A DNA stretch of 64,000 nucleotides from contig OZ242356.1 in assembly GCA_965208785.1 (NCBI GenBank), positions 2,562,929-2,626,928 of the forward strand. Direction: 5' to 3'. Each line of letters starts with the position of its first letter. Positions within the stretch are counted from its first letter, which is position 1. Both the position numbers and the translations under genes were made by a program. The DNA comes from Acidimicrobiales bacterium (GTDB taxonomy: Bacteria; Actinomycetota; Acidimicrobiia; Acidimicrobiales; Bin134). Below the pieces are notes generated by a model, which was not told the origin of the DNA, did not search any database, and was given only the letters and a program-made list of their open reading frames with translations. This document shows positions 16,247 to 25,248 of the stretch, piece by piece.

Positions 16247-17718
16247 CGGGACCAGGCCGGGTTGCGGTTGGCCAATTTCTGCTGGAGGCCAACACCTTTA
16301 CGCCACTGCGGTCAGAGCTTGACATCTTCGCGGCCGCCGGCCTTCTGGAGGGGCCTGGACTCGTTCGGGAAGGTTTGCCCGACGATGAGTTGGCGGCGGC
16401 TTGGGATGGTCTGGTCGCCCGCGGGTTTACGCCGGTTCCCACGGTGCGAGCATGGGCCGGGGCCGGTCCTCCCCTGACCGCCGCGGCCTTTGAGCAGATC
16501 ATGTCGGCCATCGTCGAGCCGATGGAGCCGACGCTGGCCGGCGTGCTGCTCTCTCTGCACGGCGCATCGGCAGCCGAGGGGGTGGACGATCCAGAGGGCG
16601 TGATCTTGGAGGAAGTCCGTCGTCGAATCGGAGGCGGTGTGCCGATGGCCGTGACGCTGGACTGCCACGCCGGCCTCACTGCTCGAATGCTCGAGAACGT
16701 CGACATCATCACCGGCTATCGCACCGTCCCCCATGTGGACCTGGCGCGAACCGGCGCCCAGGCAGCCCAACTGCTGTGTGATGCCATCGACGGTCTCATA
16801 CGCCCGGTGGTAAGGCATGCGGCCATTCCCATGCTTGCTCCGGCTGACCGCCAGAACAACGACCTTGAGCCCTTCCGGTCTCTCATGGGGGGTTGCACCG
16901 TCGCCGAGCAGCACCCCGGTGTGCTGGCCACTGCCTTTTTCCCCTCCCATCCTTGGCGTGACGTGCCCGAATTGGGGTGGAGCACCTGTTGCACCACCGA
17001 TGGAGACCCCGAGTTGGCCGCTGAGACGGCGTCAAGTCTGGCGGTGGCGGTCTGGGCGGCCCGAGAGGAGATGATCGGCGGCCGCCGGCCTCCATTGGAC
17101 AAGGCATTGACTGAGGCGCTGGATGGCACCGCGCCGTTTGTGGTGGCCGATGCCGGAGACAGCCCCAGCGGAGGCTCGCCGGGGGATTCCACCGAACTGC
17201 TGCGAACAGCCGACCGGATGAAGGACCGGGCCATTTGGCTTACCGTGCGGGATCCTGAGGCTGCTGAAGCAGCCGCGGCTGCCGGTGTGGGCGCGACTGT
17301 CAATGTGAGCCTGGGCCGCGGGGGAGCAGGAGAGTACAACCAGACCACCCGGCTGGAAGCCGAGGTGCTGGCCATTCCCGAAGGGAGCTTCGCCTATACC
17401 GGGTCGCTGGCCATGGGCAAGACCGGTGATCTCGGGGTTGCTGTGTTGTTGGCTGCGGGGAAGATGCGGGTGGTTGTCCACAGCCAGACAGTCATGGTGA
17501 TCGATCCCGCCCCCTATGTGGCTGCTGGATTGGACCCGGCCCAAGCGGAGGTCTTGCAAGCCAAGTCGCACGTTAGCTATCGAGAGGGCTTCGCCCCGAT
17601 CACCACCAGAAGCGTGGTTGCCAACACGGGCGGGCCCACTGCGGCCGATTTGGGGTTGCTGGAGTATCGGCGAAGGCCTGTTCCCATGTTCCCGTTCGAA
17701 TCCGACGTCCGCTTCTGA
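16243..17718 (+). CDS. M81 / MlrC-like (microcystinase C family) metallopeptidase-like protein
   Basis: 491 aa. RVAVGQFLLEANTFTP N-terminus typical of the MlrC/DUF1485 family. ATGA overlap with the ATPase gene. Confidence 0.75.
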   Translation: MTGPGRVAVGQFLLEANTFTPLRSELDIFAAAGLLEGPGLVREGLPDDELAAAWDGLVARGFTPVPTVRAWAGAGPPLTAAAFEQIMSAIVEPMEPTLAGVLLSLHGASAAEGVDDPEGVILEEVRRRIGGGVPMAVTLDCHAGLTARMLENVDIITGYRTVPHVDLARTGAQAAQLLCDAIDGLIRPVVRHAAIPMLAPADRQNNDLEPFRSLMGGCTVAEQHPGVLATAFFPSHPWRDVPELGWSTCCTTDGDPELAAETASSLAVAVWAAREEMIGGRRPPLDKALTEALDGTAPFVVADAGDSPSGGSPGDSTELLRTADRMKDRAIWLTVRDPEAAEAAAAAGVGATVNVSLGRGGAGEYNQTTRLEAEVLAIPEGSFAYTGSLAMGKTGDLGVAVLLAAGKMRVVVHSQTVMVIDPAPYVAAGLDPAQAEVLQAKSHVSYREGFAPITTRSVVANTGGPTAADLGLLEYRRRPVPMFPFESDVRF

Positions 17719-17739
17719 CCCCGCCCTAGACCGGCCAAA

Positions 17740-18450
17740 TCACCCCATAGACCAGCCGCCGCTGATATCGATTGTCGCCCCGTTGACAAAGCTGGCTTGG
17801 TCGCTGGCAAGAAAGGCCACCACGTCGCCAACATCGCGGCCCTCGCCCATCCGGCCGACCGGAATCTGGGACAGCACCCGCTCCAGGAGATCGGGATCCC
17901 GCTCGATCTGCATTTGAGCCATGGGCGTGTTGATGCCTCCGGGAAGTACCGCGTTGACCGTTATGCCTTGCGGTCCGTAGTGGCGGGCCAACGATTTGGT
18001 GAGGGCCACCAGTCCGGCCTTGGATGCGGCATAGGCCGCCGCGTGGGAGATCGCGCCAGTTCGGGCAGCCACACTGGCCACGTTGACAATCCGGCCCCAT
18101 CCTCTGCGGCCCATCGGCCCGATCAATCCCTGCGCCAACAGGAACGGGGCCCGCAGATTGACGGCGATCGTCTCGTTGAACTGCTCCAAGGTCACAGATT
18201 CGAATGGCACTTCGTGCAGGACGGCGGCGTTGTTCACCAGCACGTCCACCGGGGGAAGGTTGTCGATCAGCTCGGCGCAGGCGTTTGGATCGCCGAGATC
18301 GACCGCATGGGTCGAAAGAAACGGTCCCTCTTCGTGCTCGATGACGTCTACGCCGACGACCTGGTGGCCGAAACCGCTCAGCGCACTGGCACAGGCCAAG
18401 CCGATTCCCCGAGCTGATCCGGTGACCAGGGCGGTACGGGTTTTGCTCAT
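17740..18450 (-). CDS. short-chain dehydrogenase/reductase (SDR)
   Basis: 236 aa. ALVTGSARGIGLA Rossmann motif and YAASKAG catalytic region. Confidence 0.9.
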   Translation of the reverse strand: MSKTRTALVTGSARGIGLACASALSGFGHQVVGVDVIEHEEGPFLSTHAVDLGDPNACAELIDNLPPVDVLVNNAAVLHEVPFESVTLEQFNETIAVNLRAPFLLAQGLIGPMGRRGWGRIVNVASVAARTGAISHAAAYAASKAGLVALTKSLARHYGPQGITVNAVLPGGINTPMAQMQIERDPDLLERVLSQIPVGRMGEGRDVGDVVAFLASDQASFVNGATIDISGGWSMG

Positions 18451-18497
18451 GCTGCCTCCTGGCGATCAAGGGTGATCCCGCTCCCTGAGGGAAGGGC

Positions 18498-18511
18498 TGG
18501 AAACGTTTCGA
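18498..18511. promoter_or_regulatory. LacI-type operator candidate O3 (TGGAAACGTTTCGA)
   Basis: Lies in the divergent gap between SDR (start 18450) and amidohydrolase (start 18552). Core GAAACGTTTC is perfect. Confidence 0.65.
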
Positions 18512-18551
18512 GTAAGGTAGCGGGCCAAGCAATTTCAAGAAAGGACCGAGC

Positions 18552-19439
18552 ATGGCCGAACGGCTTGACTTCGTCGACACCCATGTCCACTTTTGGGAGC
18601 GACCGCATCCGAAGCTCCAATGGGCCTGGCTGGCCCCCGATGCTGTGCATCCGCTCTTGGGCGAGATCAAGCCGCTCAAAGAACTGACCAAGTACGTGGT
18701 CGATGATCTGCGGGCCGACACCGACGGCCTGAACGTCACCAAGATCGTTCACGTCCAAGCCGCCATTGGCTCCGCCGATCCAGTGGGCGAGACGGAGTGG
18801 TTGCAGGAGATGGCTGACGCCACCGGCTGGCCGACCGGCATCACCGGGGATGCCCGGCTTCAGCACGCCGATGTGGAGGGGGTGCTCGAACGCCACTGCG
18901 AGTTCCCCATCATGCGGGGCCTGCGCGACTTCGCCGAAGGCGACTATCTCGCAGACCCTGCCTTCCATCGGGGCTATGCCCTGTTGGAGAAGCACAACCT
19001 GGTCTACGACCTAGACGTGACCTGGGAGGACATGGGCAAGGCCGCTGATCTGGCCCGCAAGTTTCCGAACATCATCTTGATCTGCGACCACGCCGGCTTC
19101 CCCCACGAGCGCAATGACGAGTTTCTGGCCAATTGGCGGAAAGGCATCGCGGCACTGGCCGAAGCCGACAATGCAGTGGTGAAGATCTCCGGTTTGGGCA
19201 TGGGCGACCAGATGGCCGGCGGCAACTGGACCGTCGACAGTATTCGCCCCTACGTACACGGCTGCATCGAGGCATTCGGAGTGGAGCGGTCGTTTTTCGG
19301 CAGCAACTGGCCGGTAGATCGGATGTACTCCACGTACCAGGTCATGCTCGATGCCTATGTGGAGTTGGTGGCCGACTTCTCTCGAGACGAGCAGGTGGCG
19401 TTGTTCTCGGGCAACGCGGAGCGCATCTACCGGATCTAA
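18552..19439 (+). CDS. amidohydrolase-2 family metal-dependent hydrolase (sugar-lactonase-like)
   Basis: 295 aa. The FVDTHVHFW N-terminal metal motif and the DHAG / NWPVD segments match the family that includes L-fucono-1,5-lactonase. Confidence 0.8.
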   Translation: MAERLDFVDTHVHFWERPHPKLQWAWLAPDAVHPLLGEIKPLKELTKYVVDDLRADTDGLNVTKIVHVQAAIGSADPVGETEWLQEMADATGWPTGITGDARLQHADVEGVLERHCEFPIMRGLRDFAEGDYLADPAFHRGYALLEKHNLVYDLDVTWEDMGKAADLARKFPNIILICDHAGFPHERNDEFLANWRKGIAALAEADNAVVKISGLGMGDQMAGGNWTVDSIRPYVHGCIEAFGVERSFFGSNWPVDRMYSTYQVMLDAYVELVADFSRDEQVALFSGNAERIYRI

Positions 19440-19482
19440 GCGACTCTGGAGCAGGAGTCTTCGAACTCCGGCGGCCGCGCCG

Positions 19483-20601
19483 CTACTTGTCGTCGCGGTG
19501 GTGCTCGACGTAGTCCCAATCCAATTCCAACCCCCATCCCGGTCCTGACGGAACGGTGTACCTGCCGTTGGCAATTGGGGGGCGGTTGGCGATCAATTCC
19601 CAAAACAGGGGATCGCGGGTGGGGTGGAACACCTCCACATAAGTTCCGTGGGGCACCGAAGCCAGCATGTGGGCGGCGATCTGGGCTTCCTCGTGATGGC
19701 CCATCTCTACCCCGTAGACCTGGGCCATTCCCGCGATCCGGCGCCATTCAGTAGGCCCTCCCCCCCATGAGGCGTCGTAGTTGCACACGTCTATGGCCCC
19801 GGAGCTGATCAGCCCTCCAGCGCCTTGGCGGTTGAACTCGCTTTGACCGGCGGCTACCTGCACTCCGGCCATGAACCTCACGTCGCGCATCCCTCTCACG
19901 TCGTTGTACCAGCGCACCGGCTCTTCGAACCATCGGATGTGTTCGACTCCAACCAGGCGCACAAACTCCACTGCCTCAGTCACTGAATACCCCTGATTGG
20001 CGTCCACCGTGAACACGAAGTCGTCCCCGGCGGCGGCTTGGGCCACCTTGAAGCGATGAGCATCTTCGGCAGGGGAGAGGCCGCCGATCTTGAGCTTGCA
20101 ACCGCATAGATCCATATCGCGGTAGTCCTGCATCTCAGCGGCCAACTGGGCGTCGGTCTTGCCGTAGTATCCGCCGATGGCCATGATTGGCAGCTCGCGT
20201 CGATAACCGCCCCAGAGCTCGCTGACGGACAAGCCGGCTACTTTGCCGACAAGGTCCCACAAGGCGGAGTCAACTGCGGCGATGGCCATCACCACCAGCT
20301 TGCGGTTGCGGAGGATGTCGTAGGTGGGCGGCAGCATTGCCTCCCAGCACTGCTCCACCATGAGGGGATCGCGGCCCATGACGAGCGGCTGGAGCTCGTC
20401 GAGAATGATTCGGGCGATCTCGTGTTGGGTGTCGGGTTCGTCGCCGTTGTATGCCTCGCCCACCACGCCGTCATCGGTGAAGACGCGGGTGATCAGCGTG
20501 GCCCTTTCCGACATAGAGTATTTCGACCCTCGAAATGTCTCCGCCAACGGGACCACGATGGGGATGACCTCGATGTGCTTGATCTTCACGGCCTCGGCCA
20601 T
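19483..20601 (-). CDS. enolase-superfamily enzyme (acid-sugar dehydratase-like), second copy
   Basis: ORF 19483..20691 trimmed to ATG 20601 (MAEAVKIKHIEVIPIVVPL...). FTVDANQGY, WFEEP and AAGQSE segments are consistent with MR-subgroup metal ligands. Confidence 0.85.
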   Translation of the reverse strand: MAEAVKIKHIEVIPIVVPLAETFRGSKYSMSERATLITRVFTDDGVVGEAYNGDEPDTQHEIARIILDELQPLVMGRDPLMVEQCWEAMLPPTYDILRNRKLVVMAIAAVDSALWDLVGKVAGLSVSELWGGYRRELPIMAIGGYYGKTDAQLAAEMQDYRDMDLCGCKLKIGGLSPAEDAHRFKVAQAAAGDDFVFTVDANQGYSVTEAVEFVRLVGVEHIRWFEEPVRWYNDVRGMRDVRFMAGVQVAAGQSEFNRQGAGGLISSGAIDVCNYDASWGGGPTEWRRIAGMAQVYGVEMGHHEEAQIAAHMLASVPHGTYVEVFHPTRDPLFWELIANRPPIANGRYTVPSGPGWGLELDWDYVEHHRDDK

Positions 20602-20628
20602 CTCTTCGTCACTTGGTTCAAACAGTAC

Positions 20629-20642
20629 TGGTAACGTTTTCA
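20629..20642. promoter_or_regulatory. LacI-type operator candidate O4 (TGGTAACGTTTTCA)
   Basis: Divergent gap between the dehydratase-like gene (start 20601) and the LacI gene (start 20703). 10/14 palindromic. Confidence 0.55.
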
Positions 20643-20702
20643 GCAGACCAACCTGCCTATGATTTCTGGCTTGAGCGTCTGCCGCCGACAAGGAAGTGGC
20701 GC

Positions 20703-21740
20703 ATGAAACACGAGTACGTCACGATGAAGGGCGCCACCATGAAGGAGGTGGCGGCCCATGCCGGGGTGGCCTTGTCCTCAGTGTCGCGAGTGCTCAACAA
20801 CCACCCGGATGTCAGCGAGGCCATGCAGCGGCAAGTACACGATGCCATCGCCGCTGTCGGCTACGAGCCCAACCTCTTGGCCTCCAGTTTGCGGCGGGGA
20901 TCCACCGAGACAGTGGGCTTCATCGCCAGCGACATCTCCAACCCGCTCTTCGCCGAGATCGTCCTCGGGGCAGAGCGCAGACTGGACGAATCCGGGTATT
21001 CCATGGTTCTCACCAACTCTGAGGGCAATCCCGAGCGCGATGAGGCCATGATCCGCCTCTTGAGGCGCCGGCGCATCGACGGGCTCATCTTGTCGGTGGC
21101 CGACGAGGACAGGCCGGGGACGATAGCCGAATTGTCCAAGCTGGCTGAGCCGGTGGTGCTCATCGACCGCGAGGTCAGCGGCTTCCACACCGCTTCGGCG
21201 GTATTCACTGATCATTCCGGCGGTATGCGGGCAGCCAGCGAGCACCTGCTCAGCCTGGGACATCGTCGAATTGCATTGATCTCAGGAGCTCGCAGCTTGC
21301 GCCCGGTTCGTGAGCGGCTCAAGGGCTTCGAAGCGGCCTTTGCAACTCGGGGCCTTCAGGTTCCCGAAGACCTCCTTCGCTTCGGCAGCTTCTCAGCGCC
21401 GTTCGGCCAGCAGGCCACCGCCGAACTGCTGGCCCTGGATGATCCGCCCACCGCAATCATCTCTGGCGGCAATCTCTTGCTCACCGGGGTGCTGCGAGCC
21501 CTGCAAGCGGGCCAACGGTCGGTTGGCGGGGATATCTCGCTCATATCCTGCGACGACGTCCCACTGGCTGAGCTCCACACACCTCCCATTTCCGTCGTCG
21601 ACCGAGACGCGGTGCAGATGGGCGATGCCGCCGCTAGTTTGCTGCTCGATCTTCTGGCTGGCGGGGATCGTCCCCGCGTGGCCGAAGTGCCCACCCATCT
21701 GCTTCTACGGGGTTCTACGCAACCGCTGGCCGTCGATTGA
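20703..21740 (+). CDS. LacI-family transcriptional regulator
   Basis: ATG 20703 has AAGGAAG 6 nt upstream. HTH segment ATMKEVAAHAGVALSSVSRVLNN...YEPNLLASSLRRG followed by a periplasmic-binding-protein-like effector domain. Confidence 0.9.
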   Translation: MKHEYVTMKGATMKEVAAHAGVALSSVSRVLNNHPDVSEAMQRQVHDAIAAVGYEPNLLASSLRRGSTETVGFIASDISNPLFAEIVLGAERRLDESGYSMVLTNSEGNPERDEAMIRLLRRRRIDGLILSVADEDRPGTIAELSKLAEPVVLIDREVSGFHTASAVFTDHSGGMRAASEHLLSLGHRRIALISGARSLRPVRERLKGFEAAFATRGLQVPEDLLRFGSFSAPFGQQATAELLALDDPPTAIISGGNLLLTGVLRALQAGQRSVGGDISLISCDDVPLAELHTPPISVVDRDAVQMGDAAASLLLDLLAGGDRPRVAEVPTHLLLRGSTQPLAVD

Positions 21741-21754
21741 GGGACTGCTATTGC

Positions 21755-21994
21755 TCAGTCGGAGGCGATGATGGCGATAGGAGCGCCAATGCCCACCTCA
21801 TCGTCCACGGCGACAAGGTGCTCGGCGAGCGTTCCCGACACCGGCGAGGGAACGTCGGAGTCCACCTTGTCGGTCTCGACCCGCAGCAAATCGTCCCCAG
21901 CGGCCACGGTGTCTCCAACCTCAGCGAGCCACTCCAGAACCACCACTTCTTCGGTGGTGTCGCCGAGCTTGGGAAGCTTGATGGTGAAACGCAT
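21755..21994 (-). CDS. free-standing lipoyl-attachment domain protein (79 aa)
   Basis: MRFTIKLPKLGDTTEEVVVLEWL...LLRVETDKVDSDVPSPVSG contains the ETDKV lipoyl-lysine motif. No E2 catalytic domain follows. An alternative TTG start at 22009 overlaps the E1-alpha stop. Confidence 0.8.
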   Translation of the reverse strand: MRFTIKLPKLGDTTEEVVVLEWLAEVGDTVAAGDDLLRVETDKVDSDVPSPVSGTLAEHLVAVDDEVGIGAPIAIIASD

Positions 21995-22005
21995 GGTGGG
22001 CGGGG

Positions 22006-22998
22006 TCAAGGAGCGAGCACGTTGTCGAACATGGCGGCCAACGGGGGTGGCGGGCTGGACAGGACGGTCTCTACCGCGGCGGCGATGCTCTCGTCGACCA
22101 GAGTCTTCACCGCATCCAATTCGTCACCGCTCAACAGCCCCTCGTCTACCAGTCGGCGGCCGTAGTTGACGATCGGATCCTTCTCGTACCACCGCTCGAA
22201 CTCGCCTTCCGGACGATAAGGCGCGGTGTCGGCCCGGGAGTGGCCCGCATACCGGTATGTCTTCATCTCGACCAGGGTGGGGCCGCCGCCGGCTCGGGCT
22301 CGCTCAAGTGCGGCGGCGACCGCGGCGGCCGCATTGTCGGGGTCCTGCCCGTCGACGACCTCGCAGGGCAGGTCATAGGCCTGGGCTCGCACGGCGATGT
22401 CGTCCACCGGCGTGGTCAGATCGATGCGGCTGTACTCACCGTATTGGTTGTTCTCGCAGACGAAAACCACCGGCAAGTTCCATACAGAGGCCAAGTTGAG
22501 CGCCTCGTGAAAGGCGCCGATATTGGTGGCGCCGTCGCCGAACACTGCTAGTGCGGCATCGTCGGTTCCCCGCACCTGGGCGGTGAGAGCGGCCCCGGCG
22601 GCGACCGGGATCCCCGCGCCGACGATGGCGAAGGTGGGCAGCAACCCGACATCGGGTTCGCTGAGGTGCATGGAGCCGCCAATGCCACCGATCGACCCGG
22701 CTTCTCGGCCCAGTATCTCGCCCAGCAGATCGACTGGGGTCAATCCCAGGGCTAAGGCCACACCGTGGCCCCGATAGGTGCAGGTCACGGTGTCGGACAC
22801 CCGGGCGGCCGCGGCCACGCCAACGGCGACGGCCTCCTGGCCGAGGCACAGATGGGTGGTGCCGTGGACCAGTCCTTCGTCGAAGAGGTCTTGGACCTTG
22901 TTCTCCAAGGCCCTTATCTCAACCATCCGCTCGTAACGGGCGCGTCGGTCGTCTTGTAGCGCTTGGCGCCTTTCCAATCGATTGGCGGGCATGCTCAT
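22006..22998 (-). CDS. thiamine-diphosphate-dependent 2-oxoacid/acetoin dehydrogenase E1 alpha subunit
   Basis: ORF trimmed to ATG 22998 (MSMPANR...), which overlaps the E1-beta stop as ATGA. TPP motif GDGATNIGAFHEALNLASVWNLPVVFVCENN. Confidence 0.9.
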   Translation of the reverse strand: MSMPANRLERRQALQDDRRARYERMVEIRALENKVQDLFDEGLVHGTTHLCLGQEAVAVGVAAAARVSDTVTCTYRGHGVALALGLTPVDLLGEILGREAGSIGGIGGSMHLSEPDVGLLPTFAIVGAGIPVAAGAALTAQVRGTDDAALAVFGDGATNIGAFHEALNLASVWNLPVVFVCENNQYGEYSRIDLTTPVDDIAVRAQAYDLPCEVVDGQDPDNAAAAVAAALERARAGGGPTLVEMKTYRYAGHSRADTAPYRPEGEFERWYEKDPIVNYGRRLVDEGLLSGDELDAVKTLVDESIAAAVETVLSSPPPPLAAMFDNVLAP

Positions 22999-24011
22999 GG
23001 GCTTCCTTTCTCTGCCTCCCACCAGGGGGGCGGAACCCGACCGGTTTGCAACAGCCCGGCGACTTGCTCGTCGATGTAGTCCGAAGACGGCATGTACCGT
23101 TCTTCGAGTTCCTTCCCGAAGGGGACCGGCACGTCGGGTGCGGTGATCCGCAGGGGAGGCCCCTCGAGCTCGCCGAACAGGTCGGCGGCCACCGCAGCAA
23201 CGATGTCGGCCCCCCATCCCCCGAACAGCGGATTCTCCTCTACCGTCACCAATCGACCGGTGCGGGCCACTGACTCATAGACCATGTCGCGGTCCCAGGG
23301 TTGGAGGCTCTGGAGATCAATGACTTCGGCAGACCACGAGGCCGCGGCTTCAGCCTGCGCGGCGGTGCCCACGGTGGACCCCAGCGCCACAATTGTGGCG
23401 TCGTTGCCGCCGACTACCTGGCGAGCTGTTCCCAGGGGGATTACACCCTCGGGTCCGGTGGTGACGTTCTCGCGTTGGGCGTACAGCCGCCGGGGCTCGA
23501 GCACCACGGTGGGGTTGTCGTCTCGGATGGCGGCCCGCATGAGTCCGTAGGCTGTGGCTGGGCCCGAGGCCACCGCCAGCTTGAGGCCGGGCGTGCCCAT
23601 CACCCAGCCTTCCAGCGTCTGCGAATGCTGGGTGCCGAATCCCAATCCGGCGCCTACCGAGGCCCGGACGGTGAGGGGGACGGTGACCCGCCCGCCCGAC
23701 AGGTAGTGGAACTTGGCTCCTTCGGTAGACAGCTGATCCAGTGCGACGCCTAGGAACTCCACGAACATGATCTCGACCACCGGCCTCAGGCCCGTGGCGG
23801 CAGCGCCTACTGCTGCGCCCAGAAAACCCATCTCGGAGATGGGGGTGTCTCGGACCCGAAGCGGTCCGAACTCGTCCAGCAAGCCGGCTGAAGTCTTGAA
23901 CGGCCCCTCGGCCACCGCCACGTCTTCACCCAAGACGATCACATCGGGATCAGCCCGCATTTCGTCGGCGATGGCCGCCGAAATGGCCTGGTTCATTCTC
24001 ATCCGGGGCAC
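22995..24011 (-). CDS. 2-oxoacid/acetoin dehydrogenase E1 beta subunit (transketolase-like)
   Basis: 338 aa. GTG start with AAGGAGGA 5 nt upstream. VIVLGEDVA...RVRDTPISEMGFLGAAVGAA...VVEIMFVEF. Confidence 0.9.
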   Translation of the reverse strand: MPRMRMNQAISAAIADEMRADPDVIVLGEDVAVAEGPFKTSAGLLDEFGPLRVRDTPISEMGFLGAAVGAAATGLRPVVEIMFVEFLGVALDQLSTEGAKFHYLSGGRVTVPLTVRASVGAGLGFGTQHSQTLEGWVMGTPGLKLAVASGPATAYGLMRAAIRDDNPTVVLEPRRLYAQRENVTTGPEGVIPLGTARQVVGGNDATIVALGSTVGTAAQAEAAASWSAEVIDLQSLQPWDRDMVYESVARTGRLVTVEENPLFGGWGADIVAAVAADLFGELEGPPLRITAPDVPVPFGKELEERYMPSSDYIDEQVAGLLQTGRVPPPWWEAEKGSP

Positions 24012-24087
24012 GGAATCCTCCTTGTTTCACAGTTCGCCGAAGAACCGGTGGCACGAGTAGCTGTCTACGCCGATTCGCACGCCGGCC

Positions 24088-25185
24088 TCAGCCGCCGATT
24101 CGAATCACAGCACCCGTCTGGGCGCTGCGAACCGCGGCGTCCACCACCTCCACAGTGCGGGCACCGAGATCGGCAGTTGAGCGGTTGGGGGCGCCTCGGC
24201 CCAGGGTGAGGTCGATCAGTGTGTCTGGCGGTCCCACACACTGGTAGAGGCCGGCATGGCGAGGCAGGTCGACTTTGAGGTCGAGCCCGTCTTCTCGGTA
24301 GAGCCACAGGAAGTCTCGCTCCAAATCGGCAATCAGCTGCCCTTCCGATCCGAAGATTCGGACTTGGAGCTGATGTCGGGACCACGGCTCGTCGGGGTCG
24401 TCGATGGCGTTGGCCGTTGCCGGACAGCTTGCTCCGCTTATCGAACCGGTTGCGCCCGACTGATAGCGCATCGAGATGGCGTCATGCATGTCGACTCGGG
24501 CGCTCAGGTTGTTCATAAATGCGAACACCTCTTGGGCCCGGTCGCCGGTCAGCCACATGGCCAGCCCCATGGCGTGCGAGATCTGAGCGGGGGCATATCC
24601 GCCTCCCGACACTCCCGGATCGGTCCAAGTCTCGGCTTCGGGAGCGAAGCCCTCGGCCGACCCCTCGTAGCCGCCACCGCCGGTCGAGGTGAGCAGCTCT
24701 CTGGTCCCCGATGCCATCGCCACCAAAACGTGCTCGACTTGGCCCACGCCGCCCTCGGACTCCATCAAGCGCTTGGCCTCGATCCCAAGCGGTCCATAGT
24801 TCCAGCCAAAAGACAACAGCAGGTGGCGGCCCAAACGCTCGGCGGTGTGGTGCAGATCCCAGGCATCGTCGGGGTCGACGGTGAAGGGCTTCTCGCACAG
24901 CACGTTGGCGCCCGACTCCATGGCCGCCTTGGCGTGCTCATGGTGCAGACCTGATGGGCTGGCCACGATCACGGCGTCGAGCCCTTGGTCCAAGGCGTCT
25001 CGGTAGTCCTCGCTTACATGGGCGAAGCCGAACCGGTCGCCAATGGCCTCCAGCGCCTCACGTCCCTTGCGCACGGCAGAGACCAGTTCGACATCGTCTC
25101 TCTCTGCCAAGACAGGAATGTGGTTGCTGACGGCCCACGACCCTGCACCAATGACCCCCACACGGACCTTTCTGCTGGTCGCCAC
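24088..25185 (-). CDS. Gfo/Idh/MocA-family NAD(P)-dependent oxidoreductase
   Basis: ORF 24088..26133 trimmed to GTG 25185 (GGGAGGA 7 nt upstream). KVRVGVIGAGSWAVSNHIP Rossmann motif and CEKPF segment. Confidence 0.85.
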   Translation of the reverse strand: MATSRKVRVGVIGAGSWAVSNHIPVLAERDDVELVSAVRKGREALEAIGDRFGFAHVSEDYRDALDQGLDAVIVASPSGLHHEHAKAAMESGANVLCEKPFTVDPDDAWDLHHTAERLGRHLLLSFGWNYGPLGIEAKRLMESEGGVGQVEHVLVAMASGTRELLTSTGGGGYEGSAEGFAPEAETWTDPGVSGGGYAPAQISHAMGLAMWLTGDRAQEVFAFMNNLSARVDMHDAISMRYQSGATGSISGASCPATANAIDDPDEPWSRHQLQVRIFGSEGQLIADLERDFLWLYREDGLDLKVDLPRHAGLYQCVGPPDTLIDLTLGRGAPNRSTADLGARTVEVVDAAVRSAQTGAVIRIGG

Positions 25186-25204
25186 GGTCGTCCTCCCTCT
25201 GCGC

Positions 25205-25218
25205 CGGTAACGTTTCCA
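25205..25218. promoter_or_regulatory. LacI-type operator candidate O5 (CGGTAACGTTTCCA)
   Basis: Divergent 63-bp gap between the Gfo/Idh/MocA gene and the SDR gene. Confidence 0.6.
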
Positions 25219-25248
25219 AGCGTAGAAGGCGAGCAAGGAGCGGGCAAA

